Shown here: positions 11,604 to 23,493 of the stretch, in pieces
Layout: each line of letters begins with the position of its first letter
Numbering within the stretch: position 1 is the stretch's first letter
Program-made: the position numbers and the translations under genes
Notes under the pieces: model-generated
The model's input: the letters and a program-made list of their open reading frames with translations, nothing else
What the model was told of the DNA's origin: nothing
Databases searched by the model: none
Assembly: GCA_964035575.1 (NCBI GenBank)
Contig: OZ037846.1
Location: 682,001-746,000, forward strand
Source: Rhynchopus sp. YZ270_cl-10
Taxonomy: Eukaryota
Direction: 5' to 3'
DNA: 64,000 bases

Positions 11604-13628
11604 CCTAGGGGGGGGGGGGGGGGGGGGGGGGGGGGTAATTGGCTCCCATTTAGACTGATGAAAAAAAATTTTCCCCAAAATCGTGAAGATATGTCCTAAA
11701 AGGGGTCAAAAATTTTTGTTCGCGCTCCGCGCGAAAAGGTCCTGTCATTTCGCGTAAATACGTGATGACGTGGGATGGTAACGTACATCAAGAACCAAAC
11801 CAACCCTTTTCTCACGTTTTTCCACGTCAAGCCCTCGCATTAGGTTCTCTCTAGTGAACGAAACCTTCCCTCAGGACAAGAAGAAACGGCGGTTGATATC
11901 AAAACTTTCTGGCGAAGCCACGGTACGCAACATTTCAAAATCTGTGACCTAAAACCGAACATTTTTACAGCCAAACTATGGTAGAGGGCTGTGGGCTGCC
12001 AGTTTTTGAGCTGCGCCGCAGGCGCACGGTAGGCTACTTTTTTAATTTTTGCCGGCAAGGGGGTGCATCATTGAGTCCCTGAAACAAGTCTCCATCGTCA
12101 CCGCCACCGCCATCGCAATCGCCATCTTCGCTTTCCTCTTTAACATCAACAGATGCAACACTGCTCTCTGTATCTTCAGAGATCAGAACTTCTCCAACAC
12201 TCGATGTCTCGTCGACTGACAGACCCTCCTCCTCCTCGAACCCAGTGGTGGGGGCCGCAGTATGCACTGCTGTGTCCTTCTTTTAATCTCCCTTCCTCCT
12301 GAAGATGCGGGCGCAGGTGCCCACATCTCCAGGACCAAGGTACCCACGGCATACCACAGGCAGAGAACCCCCCATCCCAAAAAACCCCCACTTTTAAGGG
12401 TGAACCGACGAACCAACGGATAAATAAAAAAAATAATAAATAAAAGTGAACCGACGAACCAACGGTTAGCATTAGGCCTGCTCGCAGAGGTAAACATCCA
12501 AAAAAAAAAAAAAAACGTCTGCATTTGCGTTTTCGGAATCCGTCCTGTCGATATAACTCAACCAAAACTTCTGGATATGTGGCAGCTCTCCTGTGTGCAC
12601 TAAGCTGGCCTCACTCCCCATAACGTCGCTGGCCCCCTTTAAATAAAAACCACTTCCGGCCAGGGCAACTGAAAAAAACCCCCCTTGCAGTACTCGAACC
12701 TGATGCTTACTGTCCCTCTCCTCGACCCACAACCCCCCGACTTCTGATCTTTCTCTCCATCCCGTCTCCCTGAACCAGCGCCCTTCACAGACGTTCCCTC
12801 CTCATGAAAGCAAACCCACGTTCCCCTGCCCCTCTCATCGCACCGTTGTGCAAGAAACCCGCACAGCCTCCGCGCTGTCTCCACCCACCCCACGCAAGGA
12901 AGAACGCCAAAGGTGCTCTCGTGCTGCAACCACAGACAAGCTGAGGTGCCAGATAAATGCACGAAAGCACCCCACGGCCAGATACAGCTTCCCCTCCCAT
13001 CATCACCGCCAAACGATGGAGGGAAGCGCCACACCCAAAACCCCCCCACACTCTTCTTTTGTGAAAAACGGGCCGCTTTCATCGAAACGCCTTCTTTTGT
13101 CACAACACTGTGCACCTCCACCTCCCACACCCCTTCCTCCAGCACAGCACAAGAGTTGCCTCCACACCCCAAGCACAGCAAAGCGCGTCCTCCCCCCTGA
13201 GTCCCCCCAGTCACACCATCAAGTGAAAGCATGCGATCAGTGCATCAGAGCACACAACGGAAGCCTCTCGCCTCCGTCATCACACCTCACACCTCACACC
13301 TCTTCGTGCAAGCTACCAAGAAGACAGTGAAAGACCACGTGGTGTCAACGATGTCAGGAGTGATGAACCAGAAAAAAAGGGGGATTGGGCGGGGAGGGGG
13401 TAGGGCGGGGAGGTACGTTGTAATGAATATATGGGTGTTTGTGGGGAGTCTTTTGCCGCACAGCTCTCCTCTCGCACCAAGTAGTAGTCCGTGCCACGGT
13501 GAGCAAGACTGTGCCCCTCTTCTTCTCCGAACCAGAGGACGCAAGCAGACATACTGCCAAAGACCCTCCACCTCGGGGAGGTGCTGCCCTGCCACCAACA
13601 CACCACGTCGTCATTGTGCGTGTCTCTG

Positions 13629-14519
13629 TCACTTCTGGCTTTGCTCGGGGGATTCGTCTCTGCTTCGTTTCGGACGTGCTTCAACCACAAGCTCGCTCAG
13701 ATCGCCGTTCTTCACTTCGTTATACACAACACTGCTGCAGCCGGAAAGGTAAATGCTCGTCAACGAAGTGCAGAACTTAGCAAAATACGTTCCTATAGCA
13801 CCGCTATCAATATGCGTCACATTACTGAGTGGCGCTAAATCTAGGGTTGTTAAGCTGCTGCAGTTGTAAAGGAAGCTCATACCAACCTGCGTCACATTGC
13901 TGAGTGCTGATAAATCGACATTGGTTAAACTGCTGCAGCCTTCAAGAAAGCTGTGATCAATCCGCGTCACATTGCTGAATGGTGGCATATACAGGGTCGT
14001 TAAGCTGCTGCAGTACCACAGGAAGTCCTCACCAACCTGCGTCACATTGCTCAACCCAGAGAGGTTGATACTTGTCAACGAGGTGCAGTTGTACAGGAAC
14101 CTGTCTCCAATGTGAGTCACAATGGACTCAGCACTGAGATCAAGGTGCGTTAACGATGACTCCCTCAAGAACCCATCAGGAATGACAGTCGCAACCTCCG
14201 CCTGCAGAAGCAAACACGCCACCTCAGGATCCTCCACACTCTTCAACTTCTCGGCTGTGATGTCGGTCTCACCCAACGCATGAAGCTCTGCAATGGCTTC
14301 GTACTTCTGCGACTTCGTGAGGATGATTGTGTCACCAGCACTCAGCTGCGTCATGTCCGCTCCTTCTCCCATCGCTTCGTCTCCGAAACTCATGCAAAAG
14401 CTGTCTTCAGGCAACCCCATTGCAGACGCCACCTTCCGCCGCAAGCCCTCGACTGTGTCATCTGTACACACCTCGACTGTGTGCTGATTCGCTCTGAAAT
14501 CCTCGAAGTGCACGTCCAT
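13629..14519 (-). CDS. Ubiquitin-like domain + leucine-rich repeat (BspA/TpLRR-like, 25-aa units) protein, copy 1, 296 aa
   Basis: N-terminal HTVEV..DDTVEGLRRKVA..MGLP...F.MSF...LSAGDTIIL Ubl pattern; repeats LTxxxLSxLSNVTQVGxxFLxxCSS; close paralog at 16545. Confidence 0.88.
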   Translation of the reverse strand: MDVHFEDFRANQHTVEVCTDDTVEGLRRKVASAMGLPEDSFCMSFGDEAMGEGADMTQLSAGDTIILTKSQKYEAIAELHALGETDITAEKLKSVEDPEVACLLLQAEVATVIPDGFLRESSLTHLDLSAESIVTHIGDRFLYNCTSLTSINLSGLSNVTQVGEDFLWYCSSLTTLYMPPFSNVTRIDHSFLEGCSSLTNVDLSALSNVTQVGMSFLYNCSSLTTLDLAPLSNVTHIDSGAIGTYFAKFCTSLTSIYLSGCSSVVYNEVKNGDLSELVVEARPKRSRDESPEQSQK

Positions 14520-16544
14520 TTGTTTGTTGTGGTTTTGTGTTCTGATCTCTGTGTGTGGTGGTGGGGTGTGGAGGACACGACAAGAAATACCCTCTTTTGC
14601 AGGGTGTCAACCCTGAACCCTGGGCGCTACGGCAGGACAGACAGCAGACCTGCAACAGCTCATGAGACCGCCCCATACAGCATGCCACAGTTGTCATGGT
14701 GCTGGCAAAGGTGAATGCTGTAAGACACCTGTTCAGCGTCAGGGGACTGCCCTGGTGCGCAGCTCTGCAGAGGACACTACGCAAGCTGTGGACATCGTGC
14801 ATGCGTTTGAACGCACTGCGCCCACAGTGAAGGTGACGTCAGAAGCATGCACCCTGGAGAAGAAGATGTGCTGGTCTTATGCACGCATACGGCCTTGTGG
14901 TGAGTAGGTTCGAAGAAGCCCCCCGCAAAAGGTGAAGCAGATTCTTGGCGGTGGCGTAGCTGGCCCAGGTGGAGGGTGGCGGTGCCCAATAATGCAGGCA
15001 AATGCAGTTAGCAACATGCTAGCATATTGTGCCGTGCAGAGCGGCATGCAAACGCATGTTACTCAGTGTGGTGCGCAGCGTGTAGCCCTAGGCATACAGT
15101 GTATATGAATCGTTTGATTGCATTGGGAATTTCGGGCTGACGCAAAATTATTGAAAAATTACTTCCTCCCAATAAATTCCCAACAACCCTCATTGGCCTC
15201 ATGGAGGCACTCTGGGGATAGAAATATCAATTTTTTGCGGCGGGTTTGGCGAACATCGGAAGAACACGAAACACCCAAAACAGATGTACATTCTACCGTG
15301 CACTGCAGTACGCGCAATACTGCTTCCAAAAAAAAACGTTGACTTGAAACACAACAACCCGCTCGTGGCAGTGCATCTTTGTATAATGACCGGCTGTACT
15401 CCCAACCATGCAGTCCTACATCCATTTCGTGGTTTACATCTGACAAGGCCTACCCCCGTTTCCACTCATCAGCCACATGAGCGGGGAGCATTGCAGACAC
15501 AGGGTCATGCATGTGTGACATGCATTACGAAGAGGAACCAGACTGCATGCTCTTGCCATCTTACATACCCCCAGACGTTCCCTCCTCACGAAAGCAAACC
15601 CACCTTCACCTGCCCCTCTCACGCACCGTTACCTGCCCCGTTCTGCACAAGAAACCCGCACAGCCTCCGCGCTGTCTCCACCCACCCCACGCAAGGAAGA
15701 ACGCCAAAGGTGCTCTCGTGCTGCAACCACAGACAAGCTGAGGTGCCAGATAAATGCACGAAAGCACCCCACCGCCAGACACAGCTTCCCCTCCCATCAT
15801 CACCACAAAGGATCGAGGGAAGCACCACACCCAAACCCCCCTCACAACACTGTGCACCTGCACCTCCCACACCCAAGGACAGCCCTGCAAAGCCATAGGT
15901 AATGCCTGTGAAGAGGCTTCTCCTTGAAGCCCTCCTTCACAAACAAACGCTGTCTTCGCATGCAGGCCCACACCCCTGCCTCCAGCATAGCCTCACTCAC
16001 AAGAGTTCCCTGCACACCCCAAGCACCCCCAAGCACACCTCTTCGTGCAAGCTACCAAGAAGACGGTGAAAGACCACGTGGTGCCAACGAGTTCAGAGTG
16101 ATGAATTACAGAAAAAAGGGGGGTTGGGCGGGGAGGTACGTTGTAATGAATAAGACATGGGTTTTTGTGGGGATTCTTTTGCAGCGGAAATCCGTGTCTC
16201 AGCTTGCATTCAACAGCATATCTGCGTTCGATATCCTGATTCAGTGACAGCAGTGCGAGACGACCATGGCACTCAAGGGAGAGGGCACCTCTGTTAGTGG
16301 ATAGCGCACTCTGAAAGGCAGAGGAGTGAAAAGAAAGCTTCACAATGGGGACACAGCGTAAGATAACACAATGTGTGGAACGTCTTGCTCAGCACAGCTC
16401 TCCTCTCGCACCAAGTAGTAGTCTGTGCCACGGTGAGCAAGACTGTGCCCCTCTTCTTCTCCGAACCAGAGGACGCAAGCAGACATACTGCCAGAGACCC
16501 TCCACCTCGGGGAGGTGCTGCCCTGCCACCAACACACCACGTCG

Positions 16545-17462
16545 TCATTGTGCGTGTCTCCGTCGCTTCTGGCTTTGCTCGGGGGATTCGTCTCTGCTTC
16601 GTTTCGGACGTGCTTCAATCATAAGCTTCCTCAGCTCCTTGCTCTTCCTCACTTCCTTGGACACAACACTGCTGCAGCCGGAAAGGTAAATGCTCGTCAA
16701 CGAAGTGCAGTTCGCAGCAAATGGCGTAACATCGCCAATAGTGCAAAGAATATGCGCAATCCTGCTGAGTGGCGACAAATCCAGTGTTGTCAAGCCGCTG
16801 CAGTTCTTAAGGAAGCCCTCACCAACCTGCACCACATTGCTGAGTGGCGATAAATCGATGTTGGTTAAGCTCGTGCAGCCGCCAACGAAGGCCACACCGA
16901 GCTGTGTCACATTGCTGAATGGTGACAAATCCAGGGTCGTTAAGCTGTTGCAGTTCCACAGGAAGGCCGAACCTACCTGCGTCACATTGTTCAACCCAGT
17001 GAGGTCGATACTTGTCAACGAGTCGCAGTGGTACAAGAAGCAGTCTCGAATGTGGGTCACAATGGACTCAGCACTGAGATCCAGTCTCGTCAACGAATTG
17101 CGTGCCAAGAACCCATTCGGAATGACAGTCGTAACCTCCGCCTGCAGAAGCAAACACGCCACCGCAGGCTCCCTCACACTCTTCAGCCTCCCAGCTGTGA
17201 TGTCAGTCTCACCCAACGCATGAAGCTCTGCAATGGCTTCGTACTTCTGCGACTTCTTCGTCAGGATGATTGTGTCACCAGCACTCAGCTGCGTCATGTC
17301 CGCTCCTTCTCCCATCGCTTCGCTTCCGAAACTCATGCAAAAGCCGTCTTCAGGCAACCCCATTGCAGACGCCACCTTCCGCCGCAAGCCCTCGACTGTG
17401 TCATCTGTACCCACCTCGACTGTGTGCTGATTCGTGTCGAAACCCTTGATGTTCAGGTCCAT
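16545..17462 (-). CDS. Ubiquitin-like domain + leucine-rich repeat protein, copy 2, 305 aa
   Basis: Same architecture; C-terminal RPKRSR...KRRR; downstream non-coding sequence also duplicated. Confidence 0.88.
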   Translation of the reverse strand: MDLNIKGFDTNQHTVEVGTDDTVEGLRRKVASAMGLPEDGFCMSFGSEAMGEGADMTQLSAGDTIILTKKSQKYEAIAELHALGETDITAGRLKSVREPAVACLLLQAEVTTVIPNGFLARNSLTRLDLSAESIVTHIRDCFLYHCDSLTSIDLTGLNNVTQVGSAFLWNCNSLTTLDLSPFSNVTQLGVAFVGGCTSLTNIDLSPLSNVVQVGEGFLKNCSGLTTLDLSPLSRIAHILCTIGDVTPFAANCTSLTSIYLSGCSSVVSKEVRKSKELRKLMIEARPKRSRDESPEQSQKRRRHAQ

Positions 17463-17527
17463 GTCTTTGTCGTGGTTTGTGTTCTGAGCTCTGTGCTAGG
17501 GTGCTGGGGAGTGATCAGGGTGTGATA

Positions 17528-17940
17528 GTACACACTGTACACACTGTACACACTGTACACACTGTACACACTGTACACACTGTACACACTGTACACACTG
17601 TACACACTGTACACACTGTACACACTGTACACACTGTACACACTGTACACACTGTACACACTGTACACACTGTACACACTGTACACACTGTACACACTGT
17701 ACACACTGTACACACTGTACACACTGTACACACTGTACACACTGTACACACTGTACACACTGTACACACTGTACACACTGTACACACTGTACACACTGTA
17801 CACACTGTACACACTGTACACACTGTACACACTGTACACACTGTACACACTGTACACACTGTACACACTGTACACACTGTACACACTGTACACACTGTAC
17901 ACACTGTACACACTGTACACACTGTACACACTGTACACAC
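17528..17940. repeat. 9-bp tandem repeat (TACACACTG)n
   Basis: Direct reading. Confidence 0.97.
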
Positions 17941-19579
17941 CTCATGAGCCCACAAAAAATTTCCACTCGCTTCGCGAGCGGAGGTACACATCCGAAAATA
18001 TCTGCATTTGCAATTCCGGAATCTGTCCGTTGTGTGGTGGGTCAATTTGCCAAAATGGACAAGTTCTTGGTTTTTGTCAACATCCGTGTAAAGTAAAGAG
18101 GGCAAGTGAAAACATAGAGAGGATAAGGAACAAGAAAAGGGTGAAAATGGGTTAAGGGCCGCCCGCCGCAGGTGGAAAGTGCACAAGACCACCTGGAAAG
18201 TGCTGTGCACTTTTCCAGGTGGTCTGAAGAGTGATCTGACCACATTGTCCCAGTATAACATACACCCAATAAATCCATTGACGAAAGAACTTTGCACTTT
18301 TGACCACCACAGCATGTGGCCAGCCACACCACCAAAGTACAAAAACCCCCTCAGAACTTAGTGCGAGCTTACTGAGAGTTAGTGAGAGTCTGTCTGAGAG
18401 CTAGTGAAAAATCTCTCCCCGTTCATAGATGGCCTAAAATTAGGGTACCGTGCAAAAAATGCAGCTTTTTACACCACAGAGTCACTCAACGAACCCTTCT
18501 TTCGCGGAGCAAAAAATGAAAATAACGCCGCAGGCAAAAAAAAAAAAGTGAAGTTGGTAGTGCAAACGCCTCGGGGACGCAGGCACTTATCGAACCGGTG
18601 TTGCATTTGGGTGTTGCCTAGGGAAACTGTAAGGCACACAGTCATTCCCCCATCCGGACTGGGAAGGGCGATAACATGATGGAAAGACTCAAGAAAAGCA
18701 CGTGTCCTGGAACACACCACTGGGCGTCTGCTGAATCCAACGAGCGCAGGGGCCGACGGAACGGAGGGAGTGCACATGATCCCTCTTCACACCAGGGAAT
18801 GGAGTGCGGCGGAGTTTCGCTGTTAAAGCTCGCATGTTAGCCTTGACGATGAGCCTTTGCATGACCCGCCCACTCGCGGATATTAGAGGTCTGTTTGGCT
18901 ACGAAGACCCTTGTGCGCAATTCGAAGTCGACCGCGAGCTCGACACACGACACGTCACGAGGCTCGTTGCTCCACTCGAGTGTAATCACCCACCACAGAA
19001 AAGCTTTCAGTGTGAATGTCCCTATAGCTGGAGGAAAAACTTGGTCGCAGCTTGGCCAGATAAGCGCGGAAGAGGGTATCCCGTTTAGAGGCAGCACATG
19101 AGAGATCCCAAGGATGCACGGCCGGGGCCACCTCCGCTGGACTTGAGAGGGTCGTGTCGATCGCATTGATGGCATCGAGGAGAAGAGACTGCACCGCCTT
19201 CACTGCCGTCTTGCTCATGTTGGAGGACAATGCCGTGCAACATAAAGCAGGTGGGTAGTCCCTTGCTGTAGAGGTTGATGGCCGACGCATGCAGGGAAAT
19301 GAACGCTGGAAAATAAATGCAGTCCTGGATGGTACCTACACGGGCCCTCGGAGACACCTAACCATTTTCCCACTGCGGCCTTTCCACTGTGCGGGGAAGC
19401 CGTGACAGCACCTTTTTCAAAAGAAGGTCCGCATCCCACTTTTTTCTTATATTTTCCCCAAACCAGTAAACCAGAAAGTTCTGGTTCTGAAGCCAGCAAA
19501 AGTACTCAAGCTGTTTCCCTGGAAAAAACGGATTCGCTGCCACCCCTCACCCATCCCCGTCAGTTACAACCACGCCCCA

Positions 19580-19737
19580 CACGACGCCGTAGTCTCTTGT
19601 CATGACATGTCACGTGACAAGCGAAATAGATGACAAGCAACCACTTTGTCATTGTCAAGTAGTTTGCTTGTTATTTTACACGTCATTTTTTTTTGACATG
19701 TAATTTCGCTTGTCTGACAAGAGACTACGGCGTCGTG
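19580..19737. mobile_element. CAC-terminal MITE (CACGACGCCGTAGTCTCTTGTCA TIR)
   Basis: 23-bp perfect TIR, TGACAAG repeats; flanks CA/TA. Confidence 0.72.
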
Positions 19738-20233
19738 TAGTTACCTGTTAAGTAGTTGCCTGCCCCACGTCCCCTAATGTGCGTCGCGTTCAGGTTAAAA
19801 AAACCTGCTTTACGACAACACGGTCCTGTGCTTTCCACTTATAGCCTTGACCACACTCTGACGCAGGGATAATGCCTGACCAAACCTATCTCACCCGGGC
19901 CTAATTACCCTGGGCATCCAATGATCCCCGCTCGTTACCTGACGAGTGGAGGCGGGAGTAAGACGTAGTAGCGGTATCCACGAAACGAGAGATAGGCGAG
20001 GAAAGGCAGCGTGGAGTTCACACGAGAAAAAAGCGAGGTGTCTACACGTCATCAATTTATCAATTTATCAAAAAAATATGAAAGCCTTCTTCTTCATTTC
20101 TCCCACAACCCTAATCCCTGGAGACGATTTGTTGTGCTACAAGAGCCCTAAGCCTTCCCAACGTCTTTTAATAAGAAGACGTCTTTTGCGTCTTTTCCGG
20201 TCTTCTAAAACCTGGGTTTTCAAGGATAAAATA

Positions 20234-20334
20234 CAGTCATCCAACAAAGGTTGGTGGGGTAAAAACATTGGTGGATTTGGGGGCTCAAAAAAAATTGGTG
20301 GGTTTTTACCCCAACAACCTTTGTTGGATGACTG
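20234..20334. mobile_element. Tc1/mariner-type MITE
   Basis: TA|CAGTCATCCAACAAAGGTTG...CAACCTTTGTTGGATGACTG|TA. Confidence 0.8.
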
Positions 20335-20703
20335 TACGCAAAAGACATGCTACTTAGGAAACCGTACCTGGGAGTGGGGGTTCTACTTGACATTTATCCC
20401 AACACCCCCCACGACGAAAGCAGCACATCATCTCATGTACTACGGCCACTGATACTCAAAAACAAACGTGCTCGTTTGAAACGTCACTTCCAGCGCTGGG
20501 AGTGAAATGCTGTCGAATAGTTCCGCGCTCAAACCAAGAGTGGTTCTTCTCCATGATGGGAAGCTTTGTGCCCTTCTCCACTGTTCCCCTCCAGCCTGTA
20601 ACCTCTACGAGTGCATGTATACCACCATGGTCTTGTATACGTCTTTTACGTCTTCTATTTGTGGGGTAGACCATTTTGGGGAGGCCTAGTAAGAACCCCC
20701 CTG

Positions 20704-20917
20704 CACGACGGGACCCAGTGACAAGTGAAAATGACAAGTGAAAAAGGTGGCAAGTAAATGACAAGTGAAATGACAAGTAAATCACTTGTCATGACAAGTG
20801 AATAGCCTATATCCCAATAGAAAATCACTTGTCATGACAAGTGACTTTTTTGAGTGACAAGTGACAAGTGAAATGACATGTGATTTCACTTGTCACTTGT
20901 CACTGGGTCCCGTCGTG
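20704..20917. mobile_element. CAC-terminal (CMC/EnSpm-like) MITE, 2-bp TSD TG
   Basis: TIR CACGACGGGACCCAGTGACAAGTGA; second copy at 42366. Confidence 0.82.
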
Positions 20918-20989
20918 TGTCCTCTACGATTTTTCAAAAAGGACGAAAAAGGACGAAAAGGGACATTGGTAATAGTGTACAGTGACTGA

Positions 20990-21630
20990 GTTACTCCTCA
21001 CGTTCCTGGTTCTCACAACCCACTGATAGTTGACGCCTGCGTTTTTAAGATGACAAAAAAGGAATAAAACACTCCACTGATTTTTCTGCCTGATCCATGA
21101 GCGTCTTTGGATTGAAAGCCTCAAGGCACTTTCCCAAAACCCCACCAGGGGCTTTGCCTTTTTTATCAGGGTGTAAGGTAGGGGACAAGACGGTGGCAAG
21201 AACACAGTAGTCGGTCTCCAGGCTGTACTTCTCTCGTTCATCTCCTGCCTTCTTGCACTTTTTTTGTGCCCAGAAAATTCCCCTTCAGGCGTAGGGCAGG
21301 CATTGAACATCTGTTTCAAAGCCCAGAACATTGGAAGAATGTAGCCAATCCTCGTGGAGTCTTGTTCCATGTAGATATGTACGTGATGGCTTCTGCCGTA
21401 GAGCACTAACTTCTGCACAAAACAACATGAACCTATCCCGAAAACTGAGATCCCCCTCACTTCTGGAGAGTGGGAAGTTTGAAAATGTTTTTTGTATGTT
21501 TTGAAAGTGCTTTGTGCTCTGTTTAATTTTGCTTGATAGTTTTGTAGACGTGGGGTTGGAGAGGAAGGGCGCGTTACTTTGTATGAGATTACGACTTATC
21601 CTCTTTCTCAGCCACTGTCAAATGTCCTTG
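20990..21630 (-). pseudogene. Possible decayed hAT transposase fragment
   Basis: Minus-strand peptides MEQDSTRIGYILPMFWALKQMF and, in another frame, DYCVLATVLSP resemble hAT insertion-domain motifs; 21478-21630 is duplicated at 46208-46360. Confidence 0.3.
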
Positions 21631-21727
21631 TTATTTGTTTGTTTATTTGCTTGTCTTCGTTGAAAGAAACAAAACAAAAAAGAAAAAGGGGTTGAAAAAA
21701 AGAGGCGTCGCAACCAACAAAGCGCCG

Positions 21728-21974
21728 TAGGGTCCGCCACCTCGTCGACGAACCAAAAGTGCGTCGATGTTCGTCCTGGGTCTGGGGGGGTATGGTTCGT
21801 CAATCTTCGTCGGACGAACATCGACGAACTTTTGGTTCGTCGAAAAAGTTCGTCGCTGTTCGTCGACGAACTTTGATGAACGAAACGTGTCACTTTTTAA
21901 GTGCCATCCCACACAACAAACATCGACAAACACGTGACGGACATCGACGAACCAAGGGTTCGTCTGCACGCCTA
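21728..21974. repeat. MITE-like cluster of TCGACGAAC/GTTCGTCGA motifs bounded by TAGGG...CCTA
   Basis: Multiple direct and inverted motif copies; no TSD seen. Confidence 0.5.
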
Positions 21975-21989
21975 GGGGAGGCATCGCTG

Positions 21990-22900
21990 TTATGTGCGAG
22001 ACGCATTCCCCTTTGTGCAGACACCTCTCCTGTTGTTCCCGAAATCTGGCGACAGTACGCACCAGGCACAACCTCCTGTCGAAGGACGCTGCACGCATCC
22101 TACCCTTTGCCAACAGAGGCAGCATCATCGTGCCGCAGAAGGACCCGCAGAGATGACGAAGGTCTCAAAGTGGTCTTCACTGTTATGGAGGTAATGGTTT
22201 TGGCAAACACCCCCCTGAGCTAGATGCGGGTGTGGCCACACATCTGGACAACGTTTCGGTCGAACCAACATCCAAGAAAACAATGATACATCAGAGCTTG
22301 TCTGAAGGGAACGGTGCAGCATTGCTCATAGGCCGTACTGGAGGTGCATCGATGGCGGTGTGTCTGTAGACCGTTGGGGCCTGCGCCGCTCAAGCTGAAT
22401 AGGGCAAGCTGTCCCTAGGAGGAACTGCTCTGCCAGAGGGAGGAGGAGGGGCGTGCATGCTATTCTGAACGGAATACTGTACGAAAAGACCTTCATCTGT
22501 GCAACGTGCAGAGTGCGAACAGGGCAACAGGACAACAGGACAACAGGACAACAAGCTCCGTCCCTGACGAAGCCGACCAACGAGCCTACGTGCATAGTGC
22601 GCCCTCCACCTGCAAGGCACATGCCCCACCACATGCGGTGGTATGTGCCCATTGCCTGACAAGAGGTGGAGCAGTGCAGGCGATGCAGACGGAGCTGTTC
22701 GCAACACCAGGGGAACATCTCCAGATGCCACGTTGCAGATGCAAAGACGAATGGACAAAGCAACACCTGAAGCAACAGGCCTCCCACATCCGCAGACCGA
22801 GTGACACACGGGTGGTAAGTGGGCAGCAGATGCTTGCAACAGTCCACGATGTTGGGCAACCAAGCACAGCTGTCGTGTTGTGCACTGCAGCAGAACAACA
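21990..22900 (+). pseudogene. Possible decayed non-LTR retrotransposon 3' fragment
   Basis: Broken frames with an RNase H-like HC..GN remnant, RTG motif and several CxxC pairs; weak. Confidence 0.22.
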
Positions 22901-23321
22901 AAAGAAACGGTGAAAAGATGAACCCAGTAAGTCACCTCACCCTCAAGCAGTGTCGACGGCATCCAGGAAAAACAAACTGTAGCTGTTGATGCAGGCCTCC
23001 GACTGACCCACGTACGATGCCAGCCATCCGGATGAAAGCACAAACAAATAACCGCGAAGCAACCCCCATTGCGAAATACCTTGCCCGAAGAAAAAAAAAT
23101 TTCACTCAGATTTCATCCAAAACGAGTTAACGCTTATTGGGCTGGGGCAGGTTGACCGAAAATTTAATTTTGAAATACAAAAAAGCCCGTGAACAGCGTG
23201 CCTTGGCGGGGGGGACCAACACCGGGCGACCAAAACGTTTCGCTTGATTATAGACTATCACTGGATAACAAGCCACGATTTTTTCGTCACAGGATCCCTA
23301 AAAGAGAGCAAATAGTAGGAG

Positions 23322-23493
23322 CACGGTGGCCAGTTTGATGTGAGAGCGCCAAAAGTGGACGAAAATACAGGTTGTGAATTGCTCTCCCGCGGGAAGGCGT
23401 CTGGGAGAGCGTCTCCACACCCGGTGGCTACCAGACGCTCTCCCAAAAAACGTCAAATAATTTGAAGCTCTCCCGCTCAAACTGGCCACCGTG
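23322..23493. mobile_element. CAC-terminal MITE (CACGGTGGCCAGTTTGA TIR), 2-bp TSD AG
   Basis: TIR and TSD read directly; copies at 40222 and 49005. Confidence 0.83.

Noticed and set aside
15087..15107. Another CCTAGG|CATAC junction
   Set aside because: No matching right end identified
18600..19360. Coding-like GC-rich stretch (also 2950-3500, 14600-15050, 24520-25050, 61400-62050)
   Set aside because: Broken frames with only faint motif resemblance; cannot be assigned without a homology search
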